A DNA stretch of 64,000 nucleotides. Source: Macrostomum lignano. Its lineage: Eukaryota. The notes under the pieces were generated by a model. The model saw only the letters and a program-made list of their open reading frames with translations, searched no databases and was not told the origin of the DNA. A program made the position numbers and the translations under genes. The stretch spans positions 95,929 through 159,928 of the forward strand of contig NIVC01002941.1 in NCBI GenBank assembly GCA_002269645.1, written 5' to 3'. Positions 13,801 through 26,300 of this stretch are shown here, piece after piece. Each line of letters begins with the position of its first letter. Positions within the stretch are counted from its first letter, which is position 1.

Positions 13801-14805
13801 TCATTGAGAGTCGTCCTTCAATCTCATTGAGAGTCGTCCTTCAATCTCATTGAGAGTCGTCCTTTAATCTCATTGAGAGTCGTCCTTTAATCTCATTGAG
13901 AGTAGTCCTTCAATCTCATTGAGAATCGTCCTTCAATCTCATTGAGAGTCGTCCTTCAATCTCATTGAGAGTCGTCCTTCAATCTCATTGAGAGTCGTCC
14001 TTCAATCTCATTAAGAATCGTCCTTCAATCTCATTGAGAGTCGTCCTTCAATCTCATTTAGAATCGTCCTTCAATCTCATTGAGAGTCGTCCTTCAATCT
14101 CATTGAGAGTCGTCCTTCAATCTCATGAGAGTCGTCCTTTAATCGGTATTCAGTCTCATGAAGAATCGCATTGAGGCTGTCCATAAGAATCGCCCCATAA
14201 AATTTTTCTACTGACCTTTTCTGTTCTTTTTCATTTTCGGATCAGCAATCAGGAAATGCAGCAGCAATTTGGCTCGGTACTTGTAATGAAAGTCTCTACC
14301 AAGCGTTCTGAGTCATTGCTTTTTCTCTGTCCATATCTGAATTCTGGTAGATTTCTGCTTTTTGATTTTTTCCTTCCGCGTGCTCCCCCCCCCCATTAGC
14401 GCTCGTCTTTCCCGTTTATTTTTGCTCAAACTCGAATCCACAACGCGGAAGCAAAAAAATGTCGAACTATTAAGGACGGAAGTTAAAATAGAAAGATTTT
14501 CTGGTGGAGAATTCTCCAAATCTTGTCGTTCATTTTTCCTGCCTATATAAGCGGCCTCTGTTGGGTCTGAGAATTGTCAGCCATCTTTTATTGAATAAAA
14601 GCCTGCTAAGCATGAGCTGGCCTCCATTGAGACTTGCTGATCTGTTTTCTAATTGGTGTCGCTCCATTCGGCAACAGGCTGCTCAGGTGCTCAATCAATT
14701 GCTGTCAGATTTTTGCATTGGCTTCGCTTTGTAGATGTCAAGTGAATATTGAAAGTTTATAAACATCATTAGATAATAATCAAGACGGACACTAAGGCAC
14801 AGGCC

Positions 14806-14903
<98 letters not shown>

Positions 14904-14932
14904 TAGACAGAGACACCGACAGACAATAAAGC

Positions 14933-14965
<33 letters not shown>

Positions 14966-17900
14966 CAGAGAGAGAGAGAGTGTGTGTAAGACAGACACAC
15001 AGTAAGACCGACAGGCTGGCAGACAGACGTACTAACACAGGCGTACAGGCGCAATGCACACAAAGACCTTGATATTTGCACGAAAAAAGACGCGCAGGTA
15101 AGCAGAGACGCATCAACGCTATCCCCATTGTGCCCGCAGAACTCACCCAACTACGACCCGGAGCTAGAGAGCTGCGAGTTCTACCATCCCAGCCACAGGG
15201 AGGAGCGCGTCGAGGAGCTGAAGAGCCGCCCAACCGGGACCTACTTCCTTCGGCCGAGCGCCAAGAGCCGCAGCGTGTCCGTGCTCTGCGTCAATTGTAA
15301 CGACGCTATAAAAAAATTCGAAATCGAGAGAATCCCGGGCGGCTTCAATCTGTCCGGCAAAGCATTTCGCACTATTGACGAAGTCATCCAGCGCTACTCC
15401 GTTAAGTACATCGACGAGAAGAACGAGGTGAAGTTGCGCGAGCCGCTGCTCAGACGGAGTCACGCCGCATCCAACCTACCGCAGGAGGACATCTACGCTC
15501 CCAATCGGGCTTCATCAACTCAGATTCGGGAGTGCCAGCTGGCCGCCGAGTTTCACTGCCTGTTCCCGAAGCGTCGGAGTCGGCAGCGGGCCTGGAAACG
15601 GCAGCGCTGCATTCTGCATCGGCGGCAGGACGAGAATCACGAGGTGCTGATCACGTCCAGCTCGGAGGTTGGCAGGCAGCCGAAGGGCAAGCCAAAAGGC
15701 TTGATAGCGTTGGAGTTCGCTCACCTGTACCCTGTGTGCCACGGCGCTTATGACAGGCCGCACTGCCTGCAGTTGGTCATCTTCAATGAGGTGTCTGCGA
15801 ATTCGACACCGCCTGATGTCTACGTGCTGGCGGCCGACTCGCAGGCTGTGCTGGCCGAGTGGCTGGCCGCTCTCAAGCCGCTGTGCAAGTGCAGCAAGGT
15901 GTGCAACCACGGCCAGAGGAGCGGGCACGTCAGGCATGTCAGCACGCTGGAGGTGAGCTGATTAGGTTTGTCGGATTTCTAGTGTGGGATTTCTAGTGTA
16001 GGGTTTCTAGGTTGGTGATTTTTTGTGGGATTTTTAGTGTGGGTTTTTTAGTGTGGGATTTCTAGTTTGGGATTTCTAGTGTGGGATTTCTAGTTTTGGA
16101 TTTTTAGTGTGGGATTTCTAGTGTGGAATTTCTAGTGTGGGATTTCTAGTGTGGGATTTCTAGAGTGAGATTTCTAGTGTGGGATTTTTAGTGTGGCATT
16201 TCTAATGTGGGATTTCTAGTTTGGGATTTTTAGTGTGGGATTTCTAGTTTGGGATTTCTAGTGTGGGATTTCTAGTGTGGGATTTCTAGAGTGGGATTTC
16301 TAGTGTGGGATTTCTAGTGTGGGATTTCTAGTGTGGGATTTCTAGAGTGAGATTTCTAGTGTGGGATTTCTAGTTTTGGATTTTTAGTGTGGCATTTCTA
16401 GTGTGGGATTTTTAGTGTGGGATTTCTAGTGTGGGAATTTTAGTGTGGGATTTCTAGTGTGGGATTTCTAGTGTGGGATTTCTAATGTGGGATTTCTAGT
16501 TTGGGATTTTTAGTGTGGGATTTGTAGTGTGGGATTTGTAGTGTGGGATTTCTAGTGTAGGATTTCTAGTTTGGGATTTCTAGTGTGGGGATTTTCAGTG
16601 TGAGCTTGCTGTTTAGGGTCATTATTTAGCTGCATGATGGCTACCTCCTGCCTGCGCCCATCCAGGTGGCCGTCAAAGGCGTCCGCAATCTCAACGTCAG
16701 CTGTAAGACCGCCTTCGTCGCGGTTCACTTTAACGGGGTTGTGGTGGCGAAGACCCGGTCCAACCGGCGGGAGCAGGACGATGACAGCGTGCTCAACTGG
16801 GACGAGCAATTTCACTTGTAAGTGCTTCTCATTTTACTTCTCTTTGTCTACCTCTGTATCTGCATTTTAATTTGATTTCCTCTGGCTATCACTCTGAATT
16901 TGGCACTCTCAATTGACTCTGTATATCCCTTTTTATTTACCTTTGTAGTCCACTTCTCTGCTTAGCGTCTGCCTCTTAATCTACCTCTCAGTCTACTTCT
17001 GTCTGGTAATTACTAATTAGTCTACTTTTCAGTCTACTTCTTCTGATAATTAGTCTACCTATCAGTCTACTCCTTTTTAGTCTACCTATCAGTCTACTTC
17101 TCCTTTTTAGTCTACTTCTCAGTCTACTTCTCTGTCTGGTAATTAGTCTACCTATCAGTCTACTTTCCTGTCTGGTATTAGTCTACTTCTCAGTCTACTT
17201 CTCTGTCTGGTATTAGTCTACTTCTCAGTCTACTTCTCTGTCTGGTAATTAGTCTACCTATCAGTCTACTTCTCTGTCTGGTATTAGTCTACTTCTCAGT
17301 CTACTTCTCTGTCTGGTATTAGTCTACTTCTCAGTCTACTTCTCTGTCTGGTAATTAGTCTACCTATCAGTCTACTTCTCTGTCTGGTATTAGTCTACTT
17401 CTCAGTCTACTTCTCTGTCTGGTAATTAGTCTACCTATCAGTCTACTTCTCTGTCTGGTATTAGTCTACTTCTCAGTCTACTTCTCTGTCTGGTAATTAG
17501 TCTACCTATCAGTCTACTTCTCTGTCTGGTATTAGTCTACTTCTCAGTCTACTTCTCTGTCTGGTAATTAGTCTACCTATCAGTCTACTTCTCTGTCTGG
17601 TAATTAGTCTACCTATCAGTCTACTTTCCTGTCTGGTATTAGTCTACTTCTCAGTCTACTTCTCTGTCTGGTAATTAGTCTACCTATCAGTCTACTTCTC
17701 TGTCTGGTAATTAGTCTACTTCTCAGTCTACTTCTCAGTCTGGTAATTAGTCTACTTCTGTCTGGTAATTAGTCTACTTCTTAGTCTACTTCTCTATCTG
17801 GTAATTAGTCTACTTCTCAGTCTACTTCTCAGTCTGGTAATTAGTCTACTTCTCAGTCTACTTCTCAGTCTGGTAATTAGTCTACTTCTGTTTGGTAATT

Positions 17901-20900
17901 AGTCTACCTATCAGTCTACTTCTCTGTCTGGTAATTAGTCTACTTCCGTTTGGTAATTAGTCTACCTATCAGTCTACTTATCAGTCTGGTAATTAGTCTA
18001 CTTCTGTCTGGTAATTAGTCTACCTATCAGTCTACTTTCCTGTCTGGTAATTAGTCTACTTCTCAGTCTACTTCTCTGTCTGGTAATTAGTCTACCTATC
18101 AGTCTACTTCTCTGTCTGGTAATTAGTCTACCTATCAGTCTACTTCTCTGTCTGGTAATTAGTCTACCTATCAGTCTACTTCTCTGTCTGGTAATTAGTC
18201 TACCTATCAGTCTACTTTTCTGTCTGGTAATTAGTCTACTTCTCAGTCTACTTCTCTGTCTGGTAATTAGTCTACCTATCAGTCTACTTCTCTGTCTGGT
18301 AATTAGTCTACCTATCAGTCTACTTTCCTGTCTGGTATTAGTCTACTTCTCAGTCTACTTCTCTGTCTGGTAATTAGTCTACCTATCAGTCTACTTTTCT
18401 GTCTGGTAATTAGTCTACTTCTCAGTCTACTTCTCTGTCTGGTAATTAGTCTACCTATCAGTCTACTTTCCTGTCTGGTATTAGTCTACTTCTCAGTCTA
18501 TTTCTCTGTCTGGTAATTAGTCTACTTCTCAGTCTATTTCTCTGTCTGGTAATTAGTCTACCTATCAGTCTACTTTCTTGTCTGGTATTAGTCTACTTCT
18601 CAGTCTACTTCTCTGTCTGGTAATTAGTCTACTTCTCAGTCTGGTAATTAGTCTACTTCTGTCTGGTAATTAGTCTACTTCTTAGTCTACTTCTCTATCT
18701 GGTATTAGTCTACTTCTCAGTCTACTTCTCTGTCTGGTAATTAGTCTACCTATCAGTCTACTTCTCTGTCTGGTAATTAGTCTACCTATCAGTCTACTTC
18801 TCTGTCTGGTAATTAGTCTACCTATCAGTCTACTTCTCTGTCTGGTAATTAGTCTACCTATCAGTCTACTTCTCTGTCTGGTAATTAGTCTACCTATCAG
18901 TCTACTTCTCTGTCTGGTAATTAGTCTACCTATCAGTCTACTTTCCTGTCTGGTATTAGTCTACTTCTCAGTCTACTTCTCAGTCTGGTAATTAGTCTAC
19001 TTCTCAGTCTACTTCTCAGTCTGGTAATTAGTCTACTTCTGTTTGGTAATTAGTCTACCTATCAGTCTACTTCTCAGTCTGGTAATTAGTCTACTTCTGT
19101 CTGGTAATTAGTCTACCTATCAGTCTACTTTCCTGTCTGGTATTAGTCTACTTCTCAGTCTATTCTCTGTCTGGTATTAGTCTACTTCTCAGTCTACTTC
19201 TCTGTCTGGTATTAGTCTACTTCTCAGTCTACTTCTCTGTCTGGTAATTAGTCTACCTATCAGTCTACTTCTCTGTCTGGTAATTAGTCTACCTATCAGT
19301 CTACTTCTCTGTCTGGTAATTAGTCTACCTATCAGTCTACTTCTCTGTCTGGTAATTAGTCTACCTATCAGTCTACTTCTCTGTCTGGTAATTAGTCTAC
19401 CTATCAGTCTACTTCTCTGTCTGGTAATTAGTCTACCTATCAGTCTACTTCTCTGTCTGGTAATTAGTCTACTTATCAGTCTACTTTTCTGTCTGGTAAT
19501 TAGTCTACTTCTCAGTCTGGTAATTAGTCTACCTATCAGTCTAATCTGTCTGGTAATTAGTCTACTTCTCAGTCTACTTCTCTGTCTGGTAATTAGTCTA
19601 CTTATCAGTCTACTTCTCTGTCTGCTTATACATGTACGTTGGAGTATTTTGCAGAACTTTATGTCACTCTGTGTCCTTAGGAATAAAAGTACACCTCGTA
19701 GAACTGCCCTAGATAAATGAAATTGTACAGAATTGAGGCCACTCTGCGTGGGAGGCGAGAGGTCACATGGTGCACAGTGTGTATACACAGATTGAACTGG
19801 TAATTCGCCTGATTTCAGCATGAGTCATAGGATAGTGGAATTGTCACCCTAATATGCAAGTATGCCCATTTTTCAGTAAAATTCCAAGCTTTTCATTATT
19901 AAAAATGTTACAATTATATAGCATTTCGCTTGTTAAACTTATGTTACATTGAGCAGCTCCTCAAGAAATTTTGATTGTCTTTATGCTATAGTAAATTGAG
20001 TTTAGTACAGGAATGTACATCTTCCATAGGGTGCAGAGGTGTACATCTGTTCCATAGGATGCAGAAGAGGTGTACATCTGTTCCATAGGATGCAGAAGAG
20101 GTGTACATCTGTTCTAAAAGGTGCAGAAGTGTACATCTGTTCCATAGAGTGCAGAGATGTACATCTGTTCCATAGGATGCAGCAGAGGTGTACATCTGTT
20201 CCATAGGGTACAGCAGAGGTGTACATCTGTTCCATAAGGTGCAGAGGTGTACATCTGTTCCATTGAGTGCAGGGGTGTACATCTGTTCCATAGGGTGCTG
20301 CAGAGGTGTACATCTGTTCCATAGGATGCAGCAGAGGTGTACATCTGTTCCATAGGGTGCAGAGGTGTACAAGTGCATCTGTTCCATAGGGTGCAGCAGA
20401 GGTGTACATCTGTTCCATAAGGTGCAGAGGTGTACATCTGTTCCATTGAGTGCAGGGGTGTACATCTGTTCCATAGGGTGCAGCAGAGGTGTACATCTGT
20501 TCCATAGGGTGCAGAGGTGTACATCTGTTCCATAGGGTGCAGAGGTGTACAAGTACATCTGTTCCATAGTGTGTAGAGGTGTACAAGTGCATCTGTTCCA
20601 TAGGGTGCAGAGGTGTACAAGTGCATCTGTTCCATAGGGTGCAGCAGAGGTGTACATCTGTTCCATAGGGTGCAGAGGTGTACAAGTACATCTGTTCCAT
20701 AGTGTGTAGAGGTGTACAAGTGCATCTGTTCCATAGGGTGCAGAGGTGTACAAGTGCATCTGTTCCATAGGGTGCAGCAGAGGTGTACATCTGTTCCATA
20801 GGGTGCAGAGGTGTACAAGTACATCTGTTCCATAGTGTGTAGAGTTGTACAAGTGCATCTGTTCCATAGTGTGTAGAGTTGTACAAGTGCATCTGTTCCA

Positions 20901-23900
20901 TAGTGTGTAGAGTTGTACAAGTGCATCTGTTCCATAGTGTGTAGAGTTGTACAAGTGCATCTGTTCCATAGGGTGCAGAGGTGTACAAGTGCATCTGTTC
21001 CATAGGGTGCAGCAGAGGTGTACATCTGTTCCATAGTGTGTAGAGTTGTACAAGTGCATCTGTTCCATAGTGTGTAGAGTTGTACAAGTGCATCTGTTCC
21101 ATAGGGTGCAGCAGAGGTGTACATCTGTTCCATAGGGTGCAGCAGAGGTGTACATCTGTTCCATAAGGTGCAGAGGTGTACATCTGTTCCATTGAGTGCA
21201 GGGGTGTACATCTGTTCCATAGGGTGCTGCAGAGGTGTACATCTGTTCCATAGGATGCAGCAGAGGTGTACATCTGTTCCATAGGGTGCAGCAGAGGTGT
21301 ACATCTGTTCCATAAGGTGCAGAGGTGTACATCTGTTCCATTGAGTGCAGGGGTGTACATCTGTTCCATAGGGTGCTGCAGAGGTGTACATCTGTTCCAT
21401 AGGATGCAGCAGAGGTGTACATCTGTTCCATAGGGTGCAGAGGTGTACAAGTGCATCTGTTCCATAGGGTGCAGAGTTGTACAAGTGCATCTGTTCCATA
21501 GGGTGCAGAGGTGTACAAGTGCATCTGTTCCATAGGGTGCAGCAGAGGTGTACATCTGTTCCATAGGGTGCAGCAGAGGTGTACATCTGTTCCATAGGGT
21601 GCAGCAGAGGTGTACATCTGTTCCATAAGGTGCAGAGGTGTACATCTGTTCCATAGGGTGCAGAGGTGTACAAGTACATCTGTTCCATAGTGTGTAGAGT
21701 TGTACAAGTGCATCTGTTCTATAGTGTGTAGAGTTGTACAAGTGCATCTGTTCCATAGTGTGTAGAGTTGTACAAGTGCATCTGTTCCATAGTGTGTAGA
21801 GTTGTACAAGTGCATCTGTTCGATAGTGTGTAGAGTTGTACAAGTGCATCTGTTCCATAGTGTGTAGAGTTGTACAAGTGCATCTGTTCCATAGTGTGTA
21901 GAGTTGTACAAGTGCATCTGTTCCATAGTGTGTAGAGTTGTACAAGTGCATCTGTTCCATAGTGTGTAGAGTTGTACAAGTGCATCTGTTCCATAGTGTG
22001 TAGAGTTGTACAAGTGCATCTGTTCCATAGGGTGCAGAGGTGTACAAGTGCATCTGTTCCATAGGGTGCAGCAGAGGTGTACATCTGTTCCATAGGGTGC
22101 AGCAGAGGTGTACATCTGTTCCATAAGGTGCAGAGGTGTACATCTGTTCCATTGAGTGCAGGGGTGTACATCTGTTCCATAGGGTGCTGCAGAGGTGTAC
22201 ATCTGTTCCATAGGATGCAGCAGAGGTGTACATCTGTTCCATAGGGTGCAGCAGAGGTGTACATCTGTTCCATAGGGTGCAGCAGAGGTGTACATCTGTT
22301 CCATAGGGTGCAGAGGTGTACAAGTGCATCTGTTCCATAGGGTGCAGAGTTGTACAAGTGCATCTGTTCCATAGGGTGCAGAGGTGTACAAGTGCATCTG
22401 TTCCATAGGGTGCAGAGTTGTACAAGTGCATCTGTTCCATAGGGTGCAGAGGTGTACAAGTGCATCTGTTCCATAGGGTGCAGCAGAGGTGTACATCTGT
22501 TCCATAGGGTGCAGAGGTGTACAAGTGCATCTGTTCCATAGGGTGCAGCAGAGGTGTACATCTGTTCCATAGGGTGCAGCAGAGGTGTACATCTGTTCCA
22601 TAGGGTGCAGAGGTGTACAAGTACATCTGTTCCATAGTGTGTAGAGTTGTACAAGTGCATCTGTTCCATAGTGTGTAGAGTTGTACAAGTGCATCTGTTC
22701 CATAGTGTGTAGAGTTGTACAAGTGCATCTGTTCCATAGTGTGTAGAGTTGTACAAGTGCATCTGTTCCATAGTGTGTAGAGTTGTACAAGTGCATCTGT
22801 TCCATAGTGTGTAGAGTTGTACAAGTGCATCTGTTCCATAGTGTGTAGAGTTGTACAAGTGCATCTGTTCCATAGGGTGCAGAGGTGTACAAGTGCATCT
22901 GTTCCATAGGGTGCAGCAGAGGTGTACATCTGTTCCATAGGATGCAGCAGAGGTGTACATCTGTTCCATAAGGTGCAGAGGTGTACATCTGTTCCATAGG
23001 GTGCAGAGGTGTACAAGTACATCTGTTCCATAGTGTGTAGAGTTGTACAAGTGCATCTGTTCCATAGTGTGTAGAGTTGTACAAGTGCATCTGTTCCATA
23101 GTGTGTAGAGTTGTACAAGTGCATCTGTTCCATAGTGTGTAGAGTTGTACAAGTGCATCTGTTCCATAGTGTGTAGAGTTGTACAAGTGCATCTGTTCCA
23201 TAGTGTGTAGAGTTGTACAAGTGCATCTGTTCCATAGTGTGTAGAGTTGTACAAGTGCATCTGTTCCATAGTGTGTAGAGTTGTACAAGTGCATCTGTTC
23301 CATAGTGTGTAGAGTTGTACAAGTGCATCTGTTCCATAGTGTGTAGAGTTGTACAAGTGCATCTGTTCCATAGTGTGTAGAGTTGTACAAGTGCATCTGT
23401 TCCATAGTGTGTAGAGTTGTACAAGTGCATCTGTTCCATAGGGTGCAGCAGAGGTGTACATCTGTTCCATAGGATGCAGCAGAGGTGTACATCTGTTCCA
23501 TAAGGTGCAGAGGTGTACATTTGTTTCTGTAGCATGTACTGTACAGCAAAAGCTTCAACCCTTACGCCTCTCCACTGCAGCGAGTTCTTCCCAGAGTGCA
23601 TTCACACTCTCAGCCTGCACATGACTCGACGCAAGACGCCCAAGACTACCAAAGTGATGAAGCACGACGTTCGAGTGTCCGATTTGAGCCTGGGTCGAAC
23701 CTCGGACTTGAAAGTGCCGGCGGCGCAGGACAAACTGCAGTTGTGCTTCTCCGTCCGCAGAGTCGGGTACGCGGTGCTGCAGGCCAGCAAAGACTACGTC
23801 CCGATTCGGGATATTTTCCTCAAGTCAAAAGACGATCCCACTGAATGCCTGCGAGCACTTGCCGAGGTGTGCACCTCCGAGGATTTGACTTACCTGGCCA

Positions 23901-25938
23901 GGGCCATCTACAAGGTGTTCGCTTATTACGATCAAGTGGCGAACCTGCTAACCAGCCTCCTGCTTAGAGAAATTCAGTCTATTAGCAGCGAGTCCGAGGG
24001 TGTGTTGTTCAGGACCACCACTATTGGCACTTCGGTGCTTGAAGTCTACCTGGTCACCGATGAGCCTATGCAGTTTGTGCGCCACTGTCTCGGCGAAATG
24101 GTTCAAGAGGTGCGTCTTTTGCGCGATTGAGATCCGTTCGGGCCAGGATCAGTGTTGCTTGTCAGTAAAGTGTCATAGATTATATCATGGTCATTCATGA
24201 CCTGTGTCAGTGGCTAAAGAATCATAGGCAGTGTCAGTGCCTAGTGCTTGGAATTGTCAGCAGATGCTCATAGCGAGTTTCAGTCAGCAAGATGCTCATA
24301 GCCACAGTCAGCAGATGCTCATAGCCAGAGTCAGTCAGCAGATGCTCATAGCCACAGTCAGTCAGCAGATGCTCATAGCCACAGTCAGTCAGCAGATGCT
24401 CATAGCCACAGTCAGCAGTCATTTCTCCCTCGCAGATCGTCAACAGCAACGCCAACCTGGAGCTGAAGGCGGACCGCCTGTTGCACTCGAGCGGCGAGAT
24501 GAGCGACCTGGACGAGGCGGACTCGATTGCTAGGAGGAACGCGGCCCGGCTCATCGAGCTGCTGAACAGCTGCATGAGGCGGACATTGCGGCACTGCCAG
24601 GCAAACGGCTGCCCGGCCATCCTGCACCAGGTGAGCGTGGCCTGTCAGCAGGAGACGACTCGGCGCTTTCCTCAGGCCACGGCTCGCGTTCTGTCTGCTT
24701 TCTTCTTTCTGCGCCTGTTCTGCCCGGCGTTGACCACGAAGTTTAGGCAGGTGTTCGGAGCCGAGCTCCATCAGGAAGTCAGTCCGCAGGTGCTGCGATC
24801 TCTGCAGCTGGCCGCCAAGGCTCTGCAGTTGTTTGCTAATCAGTCAAAAACTATGCGAGAGGCTTGCATGGAGCTGGTGCGACCTTTTGTGTGCGAGAAT
24901 ACGGATTTGTTTAACCAGCTCAACGCTTGTCTGGTGAGTTGTCTGGCATGGCATTGATTTCATGTTCTGGGTGATTTTTGTTTTTTAAATTGGGACAGTT
25001 TGTGGCAATTTTCCCCACTCGAATTGGGATAATCTGTGGCTAATTTCCCTACTCGAATTGGGATAATCTGTGGCTAATTTCCCCACTTAAATTGGGATAA
25101 TCTGTGGCTAATTTCCCCACTCGAATTGGGATAATCTGTGGCAATTTTCCCCACTCGAATTGGGATAATCTGTGGCTAATTTTCCCACTCGAATTGGGAT
25201 AATCTGTGGCTAATTTCCCCACTCGAATTGGGATAATCTGTGGCTAATTTCCCTACTCGAATTGGGATAATCTGTGGCTAATTTCCCCACTTAAATTGGG
25301 ATAATCTGTGGCTAATTTCCCCACTCGAATTGGGATAATCTGTGGCTAATTTTCCCACTCGAATTGGGATAATCTGTGGCTAATTTCCCCACTCGAATTC
25401 GGATAATTTGTGGCTTTTGTTCTAGATGAAATTGGGATAATTTGTGGGGATTTTCCCTAGTTAACTTGGGATAATTTCTGGCGATTTTCCCTAGTTAACT
25501 GGGGATAATTGTTGACAATTTTCCCCATTGGAATTGGGATTATTTGTGTCTTTTTTTTCAGTAACTCGTATGTAAGATGTTATGGGATTTTTTTTATGTT
25601 GTAGACTTTTTTATTGAGGCTATAAAGAAATACAAGTCATCCCCTCTCAACTCCAGACGGCTTCCCCGGATCCGGTGGCTCCCCTCTCCGCCGGTTCCTC
25701 CGCCGACGCTCCGTCCTCTTCGTCCGCCGGCGCCGCCGCTGCCGCCGCGTCAAGCAGCCCATCAGATTTGCAGAACATCAGCCTGACGTTCGAGCTGGCC
25801 AGCGTCCACGATTTCTGCGCCCGACATCTCGACGACCTGCGCAATTTGCAGACTCGCTCAGGCAGTCAGAATCTCAACACGCTCATCAAGGCCACCGAGT
25901 TCCTATCGAACCGGCTGTCAAATGAGACGAACAGGTGA
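7336..25938 (+). CDS. RASA1: p120 Ras GTPase-activating protein (RASA1/vap-like), spliced gene lacking its first exon(s); join 7336-7515, 8360-8441, 9339-9578, 15140-15952, 16630-16817, 23581-24109, 24436-24933, 25657-25938
   Basis: All introns are GT-AG with matching phases. 2812 nt of exon give ~936 aa. Domain order SH2-SH3-SH2-PH-C2-RasGAP is diagnostic of p120GAP. Arginine finger [15 protein letters not shown] motif, and C-terminal [16 protein letters not shown] helix are present. Confidence 0.9.
7560..8055. repeat. 33-bp intronic minisatellite, about 15 copies
   Basis: ATCTTGCTGTCATTTTGCAATGCCATTGGATCT repeated. Confidence 0.97.
8360..8441 (+). CDS. RASA1: RASA1-like exon: N-terminal SH2, second part (not in ORF track)
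   Basis: [27 protein letters not shown] resembles the RASA1 IGGRRFSSLSDLIGYY segment; ccag acceptor, cag|gtaatg donor. Confidence 0.85.
8635..9300. repeat. 18-bp pyrimidine-rich minisatellite (CTCTCAGCTCTCCCCTAC) with degenerate right flank
   Basis: Direct inspection. Confidence 0.95.
9339..9578 (+). CDS. RASA1: RASA1-like exon: SH3
   Basis: [22 protein letters not shown]...DGWMWV; donor ctg|gtgagt. Confidence 0.9.
9643..10250. repeat. 35-bp minisatellite, about 17 copies
   Basis: CCCTGAATCCCTGAGGCTGAGGGG(C/A)TAGCGGTGGT repeated. Confidence 0.97.
10728..10900. repeat. (GATA)n microsatellite
   Basis: Direct inspection. Confidence 0.98.
11283..11480. repeat. 43-bp minisatellite, about 4.5 copies
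   Basis: GACTCACTGAATGATCATCAAGGAATATCAGCTCAGTGACAAT repeated. Confidence 0.95.
12215..14175. repeat. 23-bp minisatellite with two variant blocks
   Basis: GAGAATCGGTATGCAGTCTCATT up to ~12725, then GAGAGTCGTCCTT(T/C)AATCTCATT. Confidence 0.97.
14808..14980. repeat. (GACA)n and (GA)n microsatellites
   Basis: Direct inspection. Confidence 0.97.
15140..15952 (+). CDS. RASA1: RASA1-like exon: second SH2 plus PH
   Basis: [10 protein letters not shown]...[11 protein letters not shown] (SH2); [10 protein letters not shown]...RPHCLQLV...[19 protein letters not shown] (PH). Confidence 0.9.
15975..16590. repeat. 14-bp minisatellite (GTGTGGGATTTCTA)
   Basis: Direct inspection. Confidence 0.96.
16630..16817 (+). 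CDS. RASA1: RASA1-like exon: C2 domain, first part (not in ORF track)
   Basis: [10 protein letters not shown]...[12 protein letters not shown]...LNWDEQFH; tttag acceptor, tt|gtaagt donor. Confidence 0.85.
16985..19620. repeat. ~36-bp minisatellite (AGTCTACTTCTCTGTCTGGTAATTAGTCTACCTATC) and variants
   Basis: Direct inspection; built from AGTCTAC sub-units. Confidence 0.96.
20020..23520. repeat. Composite 28/31/34-bp minisatellite (core CATCTGTTCCATAG)
   Basis: Direct inspection; source of the spurious ~1190-aa minus-strand ORFs. Confidence 0.97.
23581..24109 (+). CDS. RASA1: RASA1-like exon: end of C2 and start of RasGAP with arginine finger
   Basis: [11 protein letters not shown]...[19 protein letters not shown]; ctgcag acceptor, gag|gtgcgt donor. 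Confidence 0.9.
24255..24420. repeat. 27-bp minisatellite, about 6 copies
   Basis: AGTCAGCAGATGCTCATAGCCACAGTC repeated. Confidence 0.93.
24436..24933 (+). CDS. RASA1: RASA1-like exon: RasGAP core
   Basis: [15 protein letters not shown]...[16 protein letters not shown]...MELVRPFV. Confidence 0.92.
25010..25540. repeat. 34-bp minisatellite
   Basis: CCCCACTCGAATTGGGATAATCTGTGGCTAATTT, degenerating to the right. Confidence 0.94.
25657..25938 (+). CDS. RASA1: RASA1-like terminal exon
   Basis: ctccag acceptor in frame with [16 protein letters not shown]...ETNR*; AATAAA at 26511-26516. Confidence 0.85.
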   Translation, partial: TASPDPVAPLSAGSSADAPSSSSAGAAAAAASSSPSDLQNISLTFELASVHDFCARHLDDLRNLQTRSGSQNLNTLIKATEFLSNRLSNETNR

Positions 25939-26084
25939 ACCTGACTTAGAGAGCTTGCGCTTCCGCTCTACTGATAGTAGTAAGCCGTAGCATTTCTCCT
26001 GTATCTCTGGGTCCGTTGCTAATACCCGCTGTGCATCCCCACTGATGAACAACCCCTTGTGCATCCCTACTCTGATTTACATCC

Positions 26085-26300
26085 CCACTGATGTACATCC
26101 CCACTCTGATGTACATCTCTATTCTAATGTACATCCCCACTCTGATGTACATCCCCACTCTGATGTACATCCCCACTCTGATGTACATCCCCACCCTGAT
26201 GTACATCCCCACTCTGATGTACATCCCCACTCTGATGTACATCCCCACCCTGATGTACATCCCCACTCTGATGTACATCCCCACTCTGATGTACATCCCC
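26085..26300. repeat. 18-bp minisatellite containing the perfect palindrome GATGTACATC
   Basis: GATGTACATCCCCACTCT, about 12 copies. Confidence 0.96.

Noticed and set aside
9643-14175. CRISPR-like appearance of regular arrays
   Set aside because: Head-to-tail repeats with no unique spacers, no cas genes, and a eukaryotic intron context.
19986-23601. ~1190-aa and other long minus-strand ORFs in three frames
   Set aside because: Translations of a 28/31/34-bp intronic minisatellite lacking stops on that strand; antisense within a RASA1 intron.
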